A stretch of DNA of 64,000 nt, from NCBI RefSeq assembly GCF_048593235.1, contig NC_133620.1:295817765-295881764 (forward strand), given 5' to 3'. The translations under genes and the position numbers were made by a program. The notes beneath the pieces are model-generated. The model searched no databases. It was not told the DNA's origin and was given only the letters and a program-made list of their open reading frames with translations. Of the stretch, positions 16,216 through 27,463 are shown in pieces; within the stretch, counting starts at the first letter, position 1, and the number at the start of each line of letters is the position of its first letter. The stretch is from Sminthopsis crassicaudata. Its lineage: Eukaryota.

Positions 16216-19200
16216 TCACCAGAGCCGATGTTGGTGAAGGTTTCGGCTCAGCACAGAGCGGACGTCGGCAGTAAACCTGGGGTAGGGGAAGAAGGGAATA
16301 GTAGGGGATAAACATTCAACCACTTAACAAAGGATCCAGGATCCCTAGGTCTCCTTTTCCTCCAGCCCCTAATTTCCTCAAGAATATAACAACAACATTA
16401 ACAAAAGACATTTTATACAATGTTAAGATCTACAAAGCACTTTACATAAATTATCTCATTTGGTCATGACAGAACAATCCTGTGATGGAAGTAATACTAC
16501 AGATATTAATCCCATTTTATAGATGGAAGGTTAAGGGATAGTCACACAGCTAGAAGTGTCAGAAGTGGGCCTGAAAACCAGGTCTTCTTTACTCTAGGTC
16601 TAGCATTCATTCTACTACACCTCTCCAGTACCCAGACCCAAGTATCCAACCCTAACCTTCTCACCTGAGAGCATCCAGCATAGGGAGCAGGTTGAGGAGT
16701 GCTGTGTCACTGGGGTCACTAAACCAGGACTTGATTGGGATGGCATTGTCTGGAAGGTAAGGATTAAGAAAATAGAAATGAGCAAGTTTGAAAAAAGATA
16801 ACTATCAAGTTTTACCTGCCTTACAACAATCCTGTATTATGAAATGCAATGCATTATATCACCTTTATTTTACAAATGATAAAAAGGGCTCAGAAAGTTT
16901 AAGTAATTTACTCAAGGTTAGACAACTACATATTTCAGTTTTGGGTTTTTTTTTTTAATAGTATTGTAATTTTCCAAATACATGTAAAGATAGTTTTCAA
17001 CATATATTTTTGTAAAACTTTTTTGTTCTAAATTTTTCTCCTTCACTTCCCTCCCTCCCTGAGACAGCAAATAATCTGACATAGGTTAAGTGTGTGCAAT
17101 CCTTTTAATGTCCATATTTGTTATGGGCAACTAAATATTTGAACAAAGAGATAATATTCCAACTCAAGTGGTCCTTCAAAATACCTCTTTCTTGAACATC
17201 CTTTATTCCCCCTATACAAAAATTAGGTATATTTTATAGCTGTTTGATGTGAGCATAGAAAGCTACAGGACAATTATGATCTATTAAAATTTAATTGCAA
17301 CATTTGAAAATCAAACTTTGGGGGCAGCTAGTGGATAGAGCACCAGTCCTGAATTCAGAAGGACCCGAGTTCAAATTTGATCTCAGATGTTTAACACTTC
17401 CTAGCTGTGTGACCCTGGGCAAGTCACTTAACACCAATTGCCTTAGTAAAAAAAAGAATAATAAAAAATCAAGTTTTGTAAAAGAAATTTGGGAAAGAGA
17501 ATTTACCAAAAAACCTGTCACAATATTCTTTTAAAAGTGCCCCCCTTGATTGCATTTAGAACAATATGACTTAAAAATTTTAAGACTATATACTGTATTA
17601 AGCAAAAGCTATCAATAAATTAGGACTTCTGGTTGATCAAAGTTTAAAAACAAAAGCCTCTCTCCCAAAGTGCTTTTACATGATTTATTATTCAGACAGT
17701 GATCTGAAGTCTTAAAGAGTATGAAGAGATGAGTCTCCCCATTTTATAGAGGTCACACAGCCAAGTCAATCAGTGACTGAATAAAGCACCCCACACCCCA
17801 CCTCCCCTGGCCATTTTCTAGGCTTCCCTCAACCCTCCTACCTGGATGGCTCCTATATGCTCCTGGGGAGTTATCCAGGATCACAATGCTGGAAAGGTCA
17901 CTGTGGACTACAGAGAGGTCCTTGATGTAGCTGCCCAACTCCAAAGTGCAGTGCTGGGAGGTGGTGTAGACAAGGGCATTAGCTAAGAAGAGATAGACCC
18001 CCTTTGGGGCTGGTTCCTCAAATCCCAACCTGTCCAGATTTCTTATTGTTCTCACATTGAGAACCTGGCAAGGAATGGGGAGAGGGGAAGGGAAAGTGTA
18101 AGGGGGAAAAGGGAATGGAAGCCACCTCCCTAGCCCGTATACCTAGAGAAACGGGTTCTGTTATGTTATCTCCTAGCCTGATGATTTGCCCCATCTACCT
18201 GCTTATTCAAGACATTAACATCTGGGTTCCCAAGCCCAATTTTTCTTCAAAAACTAGAGAACTCAGGTCCCTCACCTGTCTGTAGTATCGTCTCTTAAGT
18301 ATGCTCCGGCTATTGTCCAATTTGTCAGCCACAGCTGAACCATAAAACTCCATGCTTGCTGTAAATACAACCAGCTCATACCATTGGCTCACCTGAAGGA
18401 GAAGGAAATGGAAAGCTATCACAGACTGAGAGACTCACATCTCTATGAACCAGATACCAAATTTATAATCCTGATTATATCTTTGGGTCAATATATACAA
18501 ATCCCAGATTCAAAAAGGGTAAGGACAGAAAGCTCAAAAATAAACAGAAGCCCATGGCAACAGCTAGAGTTGAATAAGACCACAATACCACCCTGCTAAT
18601 TCCCATCACTACTATATTGCTCTTCTTCCAAGTCTCCTAATACAACTAACATCTATATTCCCTCTCCCCCTCCCCCAATCTCAACACTGAATAATCCCAA
18701 TCCTTTATAGCCTCTATATTTAGATCCTGAAAATTCTTCTCTTAAACACCCATCCCCCCAATCCCCTACCCAAAACTTACCACTTCTAAGAAGAAGTCCA
18801 CATGGGGCCTCTTATGTACAAAAAAACGGACAGGATGTTTGTCTATTACGACCTGTGGGGGGGATAAGGAGGGGCTGGGGGGAAGCCCTACTATCATCCC
18901 CTCCCTGGAGAGACTTTTGCCCCACCAGGCTTATCCCAGTCCCAAGGTGCAGGGAATAGAAAACCCCAAAGGAGATGAAGAGTAATGGGGACACAGAAGA
19001 GGGCAAAGTAGTGGCATATACATCCATCCCATTCACCCTCAGACCTTGAGAATGAAGTCAGGAGGTGTTCCTGGTCGAACTGTAGGCCTCAGAACCCCAT
19101 CGTGGTGGGAGTGAATAAGAGTTTCATCCAAATCCAGCACTAATATCTTTCGCTTTACCTGGCCTAGAAGGGGAGGGGGGTGGAGGGTGGGGGAGGGAAA

Positions 19201-21914
19201 GATAAGACCTTTGTTCCAGGGCCTTTTAGCTTCTCCAAGATATTTACTAGTAGCTGATCTTTAGGCTCCATCCATCCTACTCTCACTTTTAGCCTTAGAT
19301 TGTTTCCCAAGGTCCAGGTACTCACCAAGCCGGTTTCGGGACACAGGGGATAGAGGAAGGATGTCATATCGAACAGTCTGATACTGAATTATCTAGAAGC
19401 AAGAAGGAAGTATTAGGACTTTTTACTAGAGGAAACTTTTTTCCAATAAAAGTCAGGCACCCACACACAAAGTTCTATCCTAGCCCTCACTATCCCAAAG
19501 ATATTTTATAGCAACTCTTAATATTGACATCAAAAAATGAAATGAACTCTAGATATTTGGGTCTCTGATTCCTGAATAGTGTCAATTGGAATGACTATTC
19601 TTCTGAGGAAAAGAACTGTAGACCGGGAGGCACTCCTGGGTCTCTGAAGGGGAATGGGGGTCTGGGGACTGAAGGGTCAATCTCACCTGGGCCTAGGCAT
19701 ATTCAGAGATTGTCAGGTCAGTTAAGTTCTCCAGGCTAAGGGCCATGGAGCCTATTTTAACTAGCCACCTGTCCACTTCCATCATCACTAGCAGTCCGGG
19801 ATTACACAGGACCTTGGCCCCCAAGGCAAGTTTCTCTAGGTGCTTAGTCTAATTAGTCAAAGGCCCAACTTTTTAGGCAGATTTGACTGGTTATCAGAAA
19901 GCCCAAAGCATTAATTTCTTTCTCCCTCCCCCTGGCTCAGAATAATTTTAATTCCTAGTCTTCATGTACCTAAAAAGATCAGTCCCCTCACTTTATACAT
20001 AAACTAAGACTGGAGGGATTAAATTATTTACCTCATGTAACTAACATAAAACTTGAATCTTGAGGTGGAATTTGAATTCACCTCTAGGAGCTTCTACTGG
20101 AGAAGCTTGGATATTCCACTCTACTTAAACCCAAAGTTCCTTTGGATTGACGTCCTCATTTACCGAACCCAAGATCTTACTACTTATAGGAACCTAGACT
20201 TCTTGGCACAAAGCTGTTTTCTAGAAATCCAAATGTCTTATCTCCCCACTTCCATAGAATCTCCCCATTCTGTTTTCTCCACCTTAGGACAGGGCCTGAT
20301 CTGGAAAACAGAAAACTGTGTATGCTATGTAAGGTAATGTATTTATGCATATGTAGGGAAAAGTTCCAAGCTGCAGCCAAGAGAAAGAGAATGGGGGCTA
20401 CCTGGAAATAGGACTTGAACGTCTAGCTTAGTTCTGGGATTTAGACCAAAAGAGATGATCATTTTGGAGGTCCCTAAACCCAGTACCAAAACCAGATTTT
20501 CTCCTCCTCTACCTAGGATAAAATGAAGCATTTGGAAAGAAGAGTCTGTAAGGCAAAGTCAAGCAGAAAGACAAATCTAGTGTGGTGTCAGTAGTGAAAG
20601 GAGTAATAGTTCACATTTATATAGCATCTGTCTGAAAATAACTTTCTTCACTATAGTATACTCCCTATTTTCAGAATGGAGAAACTGATTTGTTTGGGAG
20701 TAAAAAGCTATTAAATGTCAGAACTACGAATTCTCCCAGCCTCAAATTCTTCCTTATCTCTTTTCTTTCCCATAAACTAGCTCTCCCTAGGTTCAAGGGC
20801 TCAGGTTCTTACTTTCCTTTAGTGGTAGAAACCCTCTCAGTACTCTATGACAGAAAAAATAAGTTAAAAATGAAGCCCGTGGCCTCTTAACTGAAGGGGT
20901 CAATACTCCCTAAAATCCAGGAGATCTTTCTCTCATAGATGGGGCAGCAAACCTCTATTTGTTTTATTTGGAATTTCACTAAAAAGTTGTGGAGACAATT
21001 TATAAATTCTTTTACACCAGAAGCTTGTGTACTCCTAAATTCTCCCTTACAAAAAGATATCTGTCCTATGGAGAAAAAAAATTGGAGTAAAAAGCTAACA
21101 AACTCTATCAACACACACACACTCTCACTCTCTCCCCTTCCTTTCCTCCCTCCCTCTTCCCCTCTTGTGTTTCTCCCTCTGTCTCACAGTGGACATCCAA
21201 TTCAAAGTATCATTCAAATCAACAAAAATTTATAGATGAGGAAAATTACCACCCAGAAGACTCACCAAAATGTCATACTACACATGCCTCCATACCTCAA
21301 ACTTTTCCTAAAGGCTGAAGTCTCTGACAAGGACTCCTACTGTACGTTCTCTTTACCCTCCTATTTTTGCCTAGACACCAGGCTCTATCCCACAGGGTCT
21401 CCTTTAATTCTAACTCAACGGCTCCTCCCCTTTGCAAATGTGGCTCAATTCTTGTTACAAAAGGTTCATCAAAACAGTCCCTTCCACCAACCCAGATCAC
21501 TGGATAAAACTAGGTAAAAATTCTCCAAAAACAGTCCACCCCTTAAATTTCAGGGCCTTGTCAACAAGGTTCCCTATTAATACTCTTCCTTCAAAATCTC
21601 TGCCCTACTAAAGAAAAGTCTCAACCAGCTCAAGGGTGGAGGTTTCCCCCAGCAGGCCATCTTACAATATACATGCTTACCCAACTCCTGTCCTAGACCC
21701 AACGAAAATAGCCCACCAATTACTCCGGATAGCTTTTCTCGTTCCTCCCAAAATCCAGCAGGGGGGAGGGGGGGAAAGCGCTCCAGCCGGCTTCCTGACA
21801 CCCCAGTCTCACCGTTCGGACCTGTCTCCGCAGAAGGTACAAGCAGAAGCTCCAGAGCTTGGCAGCAAAGGCCACGAAGGTGCGCAGACCCAGGAGACAT
21901 TGAGTCCTCATCAT
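16216..21914 (-). CDS. CTDNEP1: CTD nuclear envelope phosphatase 1 (Dullard), 8 exons, 244 aa
   Basis: Exons 21813-21914 ([13 protein letters not shown]), 19326-19392, 19045-19163 (HAD motif DLDET), 18781-18852, 18276-18392, 17842-17953, 16665-16749, 16216-16276 (RNLHQHRLW*); total 735 nt, GT-AG. Confidence 0.98.
16420..16625 (-). mobile_element. MIR-family SINE (CTDNEP1 intron 7)
   Basis: aagcactttacata..ttatctcattt..cccattttatagatg..gtcacacagctag. Confidence 0.7.
16945..17135 (-). mobile_element. Marsupial L1 3'UTR fragment
   Basis: T-rich tail then ttttccaaatacatgtaaagatagttttcaacat.., reverse of the L1 3' ends seen at 35800-35920. Confidence 0.7.
17321..17464 (+). mobile_element. WSINE1-type tRNA-derived SINE with TSD
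   Basis: ggggcagcta..gtggatagagcaccag..gagttcaaat..gtgaccctgggcaagtcacttaac..A tail; imperfect TSD aaaatcaa(ac/gt)tttg. Confidence 0.9.
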
Positions 21915-23500
21915 CCCGACGCCCCTGGCCCTCACGGCCCGGGGGGCCCCGGGGCCCGGCTCAGCCAGGCCCCCAGGGGGCAGTGCCTCCCTTCCCCCTC
22001 CCGCAGTTGGGAGGGGAAAGGTATAGGGTTTGAGCACTAACAAGCTACAACTAGACCACGGTGGGTATGCAGCTCAAAGAAGTCTTCCCCAAAGGGGAGA
22101 AATGTCTCCAAGGAAGTAAGAGGAAAGATGTGGCAAGTCCTTAAGGACTCGCGGGAGGCGCACTCTGAAAGAAGGAGGGAAGATACGTGCTAAAAAGGGA
22201 GCAGATATTTTAGAGTAGGGTCCTTGGACCGAGGGAAGGGGGCAGATTGGGGGGGAGGGGGGAGGGAAGAGAGAAGCCCGCGGCGCAGGCGCACTAGGTG
22301 GTTGAGTGCAGGAAAGCCGGCGGGAGGAAGGGAAGGGCTGGGAGAGCGGGGCGCGCGAAGCTGGGAATGAGGAAAGAGAGAGTGCGGAAAGAGGGGAGGG
22401 GGAGCCACGAAATATGAGGCGCAAGCCTAAAGCTGGTCTCCCCCCCCCCACACTCGGGGGATGCCTTAACCGCTCGGAAGCAGGGCCGCTGCCTCTGCCG
22501 CCACATCCCCCAGCCTGACAGGCGCCATTTTACCGCCTAGAGTCCTCCCTCTCCCCCTTTCCTCCTCCTCTTCTGACATCACTTCCGGCGACCCACCCAC
22601 ATTCAGCAATGGTGGTAGAGGCTACATTCGGACTCATCGCCTCCCATCCGGTTATACTGCGCAAGCTCCAGAATGAAGCTACTAAATCACTCCCCGGAAA
22701 GGAACTGTCAGGTTGGATCTTGATGGAAGGGGATTGGTTTCTCTTCTACCTCCACCCCCGACTTCTGAGCCGGAAATCAGAGAAGCGCGCGGGACTAGAA
22801 GAGTGACGTATTCTCAGGCTGTGGCCTAGATCTTTGCTTTTTAGCATATAGTACTGCGATGCGCACGCGCCGCCCCTCCTCCCACCCTCTAACCTCAACT
22901 GCCCCCAACGGTTTTTCACGCCCTTCCGCGTGACCTACAGAGATGCACCCCTCCCCCTCTCAAAGAAAAGCAGCGTGGTCAAAAGTCAGGCAACTTCTCT
23001 GTCTACGTTTGCTTGTACTCCCAGTAATAAATTTCTTTCGTGGGCACCTAGGGGTAGGCTCGAAGATACTTCCAAGCATTTCCCCCCACCCTTGAATTTT
23101 AATTCTTGAGTCCCTCCCCACGCCAAATCCCATTTCAGATTTCTAGAAAAGAATCATAAAGATCAGGTCCCCAGTCTTGCCTGGGCACCGCCTGCGTTGC
23201 CGAAGCAGACCGGTAACGTCACAATGATGTTCAGAGGGGCCTTTGGAACCGAGGAAGGGAGAATTAGTCGGCCCATACACAAGATCCGAGTTCCCTGACG
23301 CCATCAACATGCGACTAGTCGCTGGAAGGAAGCCAAGTAATGGACAAAGATACTACAGTTGCTCCGGGGCAACGACGCCCTGGGCTTTCTCAGAGGTCAT
23401 GGTGCAGATGAAAGAGCAATAAGGAAGCGAGGTAGGAGGCGTGGCAAAGTGGGCCCCAAATACGGGACTTCGGGGGCTCTGCATGGGTTTCCAACGTTGA
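21780..23500. promoter_or_regulatory. Bidirectional CpG-island promoter CTDNEP1 / ELP5 locus
   Basis: CpG-rich; YY1-type GGCGCCATTTT near 22521, ETS ACTTCCGG near 22581, NRF1-like TGCGCACGCG near 22860, TGACGT half-CRE near 22804, TGACGCCATC near 23296. Confidence 0.75.
23350..23395 (+). pseudogene. ELP5: ELP5 pseudo-exon 1 (ATG>ATA)
   Basis: 46 nt, phase-1 GT donor at 23396; reads ILQLLRGNDALGFLR vs recalled MLDSLLALGGLVLLR (same length and phase, low identity). Confidence 0.6.
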
Positions 23501-23568
23501 TCTCGGTTTGAGGGGCACGGTTTAGAAACAGGCTTTGGTATTGGAGCGTTAGGAGAGCTCTCCTTTGG
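23496..23568 (+). pseudogene. ELP5: ELP5 pseudo-exon 2 (highly degraded)
   Basis: GAG GGG CAC GGT TTA (EGHGL vs EGRSL) at 23510; acceptor not recognisable; GT at 23569. Confidence 0.4.
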
Positions 23569-23754
23569 GTGTGTGGAGTTTGACTGGAGCAAAATACCTC
23601 CTGTCCCCGAATCTTCACCGTCTAGTTAGTAGATTTGCATGGGGGGGCCATCGCCTGCTTTGGAAGTAATCCTTAGGACTCTGAACACTCAAGCGCCTTG
23701 GGTCTCTTACCCCTCTACTTTAAGGAACTCTCTTGAAATCCCACCTTTTTGAAG

Positions 23755-23840
23755 AGGGAAGTAGATTCAATTTCTGGGCTGAGTAATGAATGGTAGGAAG
23801 AGGCACTCAAAGACTGTTTGGATTCGAATACCAACAGCCT
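23755..23840 (+). pseudogene. ELP5: ELP5 pseudo-exon 3
   Basis: ag|A GGG AAG TAG ATT CAA TTT CTG GGC TGA ... GAA GAG ... TTG GAT TCG AAT ACC AAC AGC = GK*IQFLG*..EE....LDSNTNS vs GEQVHILGC..EEE....FDSDINN; stops at 23762 and 23780, +2 frameshift. Confidence 0.75.
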
Positions 23841-24209
23841 GGGAGAGAAAAAGCAATACATAAGTTGTAGTGCCCCTCCCATTCATTGTGCCCCTCTAAC
23901 GTTCATTCATTGAAAGAGAATTTGGAAAATCAAATTCACATAAGTAGGAAGGCAGTAATAACAGGTAGAATCTATCTAACTGATAGAAACGAAATAGAAA
24001 TAAATGGGGGAGAAAAAAAGCTGTTCACCAAAGCCAAATTCTACCAAACTGTAGATCTGCACTTATTGAAACAAGTTCAAGCTTCCTATGGCCATCTCTT
24101 GACTCCTGCATAATTGGCTTCATTTTTTATGCACAGCTTCCTGGCGTGTACCCTCCATTTCATTCATTTTTAGTATTCTTTTCATTGCACAGTGTTCCCA
24201 TTCCTATAT

Positions 24210-24335
24210 GCTTTGGTTTCCCCAAATGTAAAATCGGGACAATAATAGCATTTCATAGGATTGTTGTGAAAATCACATGAGATTTGTAAAGTATTTAGCC
24301 AGGACCTGATATGTAGTAGAAGTTTACTAACTGCA
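24210..24335 (+). mobile_element. MIR fragment (ELP5 pseudogene intron 3)
   Basis: ttccccaaatgtaaaat..ataatagcatttcataggattgttgtgaaaatcacatgag. Confidence 0.7.
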
Positions 24336-25397
24336 CTTTCCTTTCTCTTACCCTTTCTTCTTATTTCTCTTCTTTTGATCATGCTGGAATTCCTGTTCAA
24401 ATCCCATCTTTGTATACGGCTGGTTTCATGAAGTTGCCTGCAGCGCAACTGATCTCTTTTTTCTTCTTATTGAATTAATACCACATAGAATTTTCATTAC
24501 TGTATTTATTCAAATTATGTTTAAGAAGCTTGTTTTTCTCAGTTTCTTTTTTGTATCTCCCATACCTCTCATGATTAATATCAATAGATACTCATTAAAT
24601 TTGATTTGGTTGATTGATTAACAAAAAATATGAAAGACTAAAGCACATAGGGGAGCTCTCTAATGGTTTTAGACATTAGATGTTTCAGACCCAGCTTAGA
24701 CTTGGGGAAAACTTTAGAATTGATTAAAATGTAGGCTGTAGGGGATGAGGTGGGGGATAGTCAAGGGCAAAAGTACCTTTTTGATCCTTAAAGGGGAAAT
24801 AAAAGAATAAAAGGGATAAACATAAGAATTAGACTACAAGGGAATATTTTAGATTATGACTTAGGATTGATTAATCAAACTGTGATGTATAAAATGAAAG
24901 AAAATGTTAGTTCATTATAAGAAATTATGAAAGATGCTGTCATTTAATCTTGGGTATTATCAACTAATAATGAGTGAGCATTACAAAGACAGCAGGATTA
25001 TAAAGAAAACTTTGAAATCCTTAAGAATTCTGATTAAAGCAGTGAACCACCATACCTAGAGAACGCACATTTTGCCCAGTTCCTGACAGAGGTGACAGAC
25101 ACAGGGTATAGATCTGTGTTTTTTGACATGGCCATTGTGTTGATAGTCATTTTGCTTATTTGTTGGCTTTTTAAGTTGGAGGGCAGTGGAAGTTAGCAAT
25201 AGTTGCAAAAGAGGGCAACTTTTAAAATACCCAGAAAAGTTCAGGGGGGAAAAAAGCACAGAATTTTGAAAGTAAAGTACAGAATTTAAATAATGTATAG
25301 AATTTGGGGTTTCTGTTGTGTTCTTTTATATTGATGCTCTTGAGTGTTTAAGTTCAGAATTTCAGAGTTTTTGTTCTTTTCTATTTTTCCTTTGTAA

Positions 25398-25599
25398 GCT
25401 TCTTTGCAATGTTTTCAGAGACCCATTTGTGGTGGGCAGGAAGTGAGACTTTGAAATTTTGAGAAAATATTTTTGAGTCGTGGAGTCTGACCTCTGTATC
25501 CTTGCTTTGGACTTGATTAGCCAGATGTTTCTTGCTCCCTAAAGTTTCTTTTCTCTTCCAGATTCTGTAGTGGGCCATTGGAACTTCATACTCATTTTG
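25398..25599 (+). pseudogene. ELP5: ELP5 pseudo-exon 4
   Basis: FRDP at 25414-25425, LR at 25459, ALDLISQMFL at 25504-25533 (vs ALDSLSWLLL) with conserved spacing; in-frame stops at 25444, 25474, 25540; donor appears as GCAAG at 25600. Confidence 0.85.
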
Positions 25600-25993
25600 G
25601 CAAGAAATCTGTTCATACTTCATCTCAGAACAGCCTGTCAGGAACAAGTTCCCTTTTTATGTTTTGTATCACTTCACCCATATAATTGCTATCATATTGC
25701 TTGCCTTCTCAGAGTATGGATAAGGAATAGGAAGGAGGAAGAAAATTTAAAACTCAATATTTTTAAAACATTAAATAAAAATTCAAATTTAATTGTTTAA
25801 TGAAATAAATAGAAATATGTTTGAAAAGGATCCCTCTTCCTGGCCTGCAACAGACCTTTCACATTCCTTTGTTGCTTCTTTTTTTCTTCTTAGCTTCTGG
25901 TCCATCCTGTTTTTCTGTGCTACCCTAACCTACTCTTAATAATGTCCTCAGTTCACTCATGTCCTGTTTGCCTTTTCCCCTGTCTTTCTCCAG

Positions 25994-26147
25994 AATATGC
26001 TAAGTTGTACATGCATGAGTCAGGTCTCTTGGGTGCCTTGAATATTCTGGCCTAGTTTGACATGGCAAGATAAAGGTGGGTTTTTGGATAACTTAACAAA
26101 AAGAGAATTGGAGGACAAGTCTGCAGAAGGAAGAGATAAAGCAGCTG
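25994..26147 (+). pseudogene. ELP5: ELP5 pseudo-exon 5
   Basis: HESGLLGALNILA*FDM (26014-26064) vs HGPGPVGALSSLAQTEV; CRRKR* (26122-26139) vs CRRPRQ. Confidence 0.8.
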
Positions 26148-26337
26148 GTATTTGGGAAATGGGAATAAAGCACAATCCATTGTTAGGATTAGGAATAAAG
26201 AATGAGGAAGAAGTGGTTAAAAATCATATAGTGAATTTGAGAAAGCATGGGGGCAGAGGTAGAACCGTTCAGGTAGCCATATTTTTGTTCTAAGTGCTTC
26301 CCTTCTAATCTTTTGCTTTCTGATATTTTTCATTTAG

Positions 26338-26430
26338 ACTCATTAATTCTCCATCCTGCCCAATTTCAGTATAGTCCTACTGAAGAAGCTTCTCACCCCC
26401 AGGAATATAGGATGTATCCAGTTTCTGCAA
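26338..26430 (+). pseudogene. ELP5: ELP5 pseudo-exon 6
   Basis: tttag|ACT CAT TAA TTC TCC ATC CTG CCC AAT TTC AGT = TH*FSILPNFS vs TQWFSILPDFS; W>stop at 26344. Confidence 0.88.
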
Positions 26431-26572
26431 GTTCATATAATTGATGGAGAGCTTTAAAAAGCATTGAGAGTGATTTAAGAGGTAAGAGGTGACATCCTAG
26501 GAGAGTTAAAAGAATTTGAGAGTGGGAAGATTAAAGGATGAGGCAAATTTTCATCATACTCTATTCCCATAG

Positions 26573-26673
26573 GTGTGGAATCCATGAGATTTGACTTTTA
26601 ATCTCTGCCTATCCCAGAAGAAAAGGAAAGACTGGGATATCCTGGCTCTGCCCTTCCAATTCAGTTTGGAAAA
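26573..26673 (+). pseudogene. ELP5: ELP5 pseudo-exon 7
   Basis: 101 nt with intact AG and GTAA sites; VWNP*DLTFNLCLSQKKRKDWDILALPFQFSLEK vs VDPTTHLTFNLHLSKKEREARDSLILPFQFSSEK; stop at 26585. Confidence 0.95.
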
Positions 26674-26754
26674 GTAATGTTCCTTAAGAATTGGAAGTGG
26701 GAAATGATACTGAAGATATTAGGAATAGATATCTGTGTCTCAAGTGGTAGAGTA

Positions 26755-26990
26755 ATAACTGCTAGCATTTAAAGTATAAGTTTTGCAGAATTTTTTACAT
26801 ATATTAGCTAATTTGATCTTTACAACAACTCTCTGAGGTAGGTGGTAATATGATCTCCATTTTACAGAAAAGCAAACAGGATGAGAGACTTATTCAGGAT
26901 CTCACCGCATGAAGTATCTGAGGCTGGCTTTGAACTCAGATCTTCCTGATTCCAAGTCCAGCACTCTTCATTGAAATCATCTAGTTCCCT
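26755..26990 (-). mobile_element. MIR SINE (ELP5 pseudogene intron 7)
   Basis: ctagcattta..tttacatatattagctaatttgatctttacaacaactctctgaggtagg..ccattttacag..gtatctgaggctggctttgaactcag. Confidence 0.8.
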
Positions 26991-27463
26991 AAAGTAAAAG
27001 TTACTGATTAACCTCTCAGCCTCTATAGAGACTAAAGTCCTTCCCTAGCTAAAGACATGTTTGGGGAGTGGCTCCTCAGGTGCCCAGGGATGGGTAAGCA
27101 AGAACTGAGGAAAAGGAAGTTGTAAGCCCCCACTCCCACCACCATAGAAGTTTTGGAACACTACTTGGGGGAAAAAGAAAAACACAATAACAACAAACAC
27201 TTAATACCATCTTTTTAGAAAGCTCCAAGTAGAGTGGTAATTGATGACTGACAGGTATTTATTAAATACTTGTTTCATTATGTGGCCACTAGGAGAAAAA
27301 AGTTTTACCAAAACCACCATTCCTCCATTCGTGTTGCAGAAATAAGACCATACCCATAACAATATTGCAAGTACCACCAGATGAAGGGACTCAAAGAATA
27401 GCCTGGAGCAGTAAAGCCTTGAATATCTCTTCATTCTAACACTATTATCTTTTTTCTCCGTAG

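Noticed and set aside
17321-17464. tRNA-like A/B boxes
   Set aside because: They belong to tRNA-derived SINE heads; no cloverleaf tRNA gene was found in the window.
21915-22043. In-frame TTG extension of CTDNEP1
   Set aside because: Same reasoning; the canonical MMRTQ start is intact.
26370-26410. ctactgaagaagcttct first read as ELP5 exon 5 (LHEEL)
   Set aside because: It lies inside the much better exon 6 match (26338-26430); the true exon 5 remnant is at about 25994-26147.
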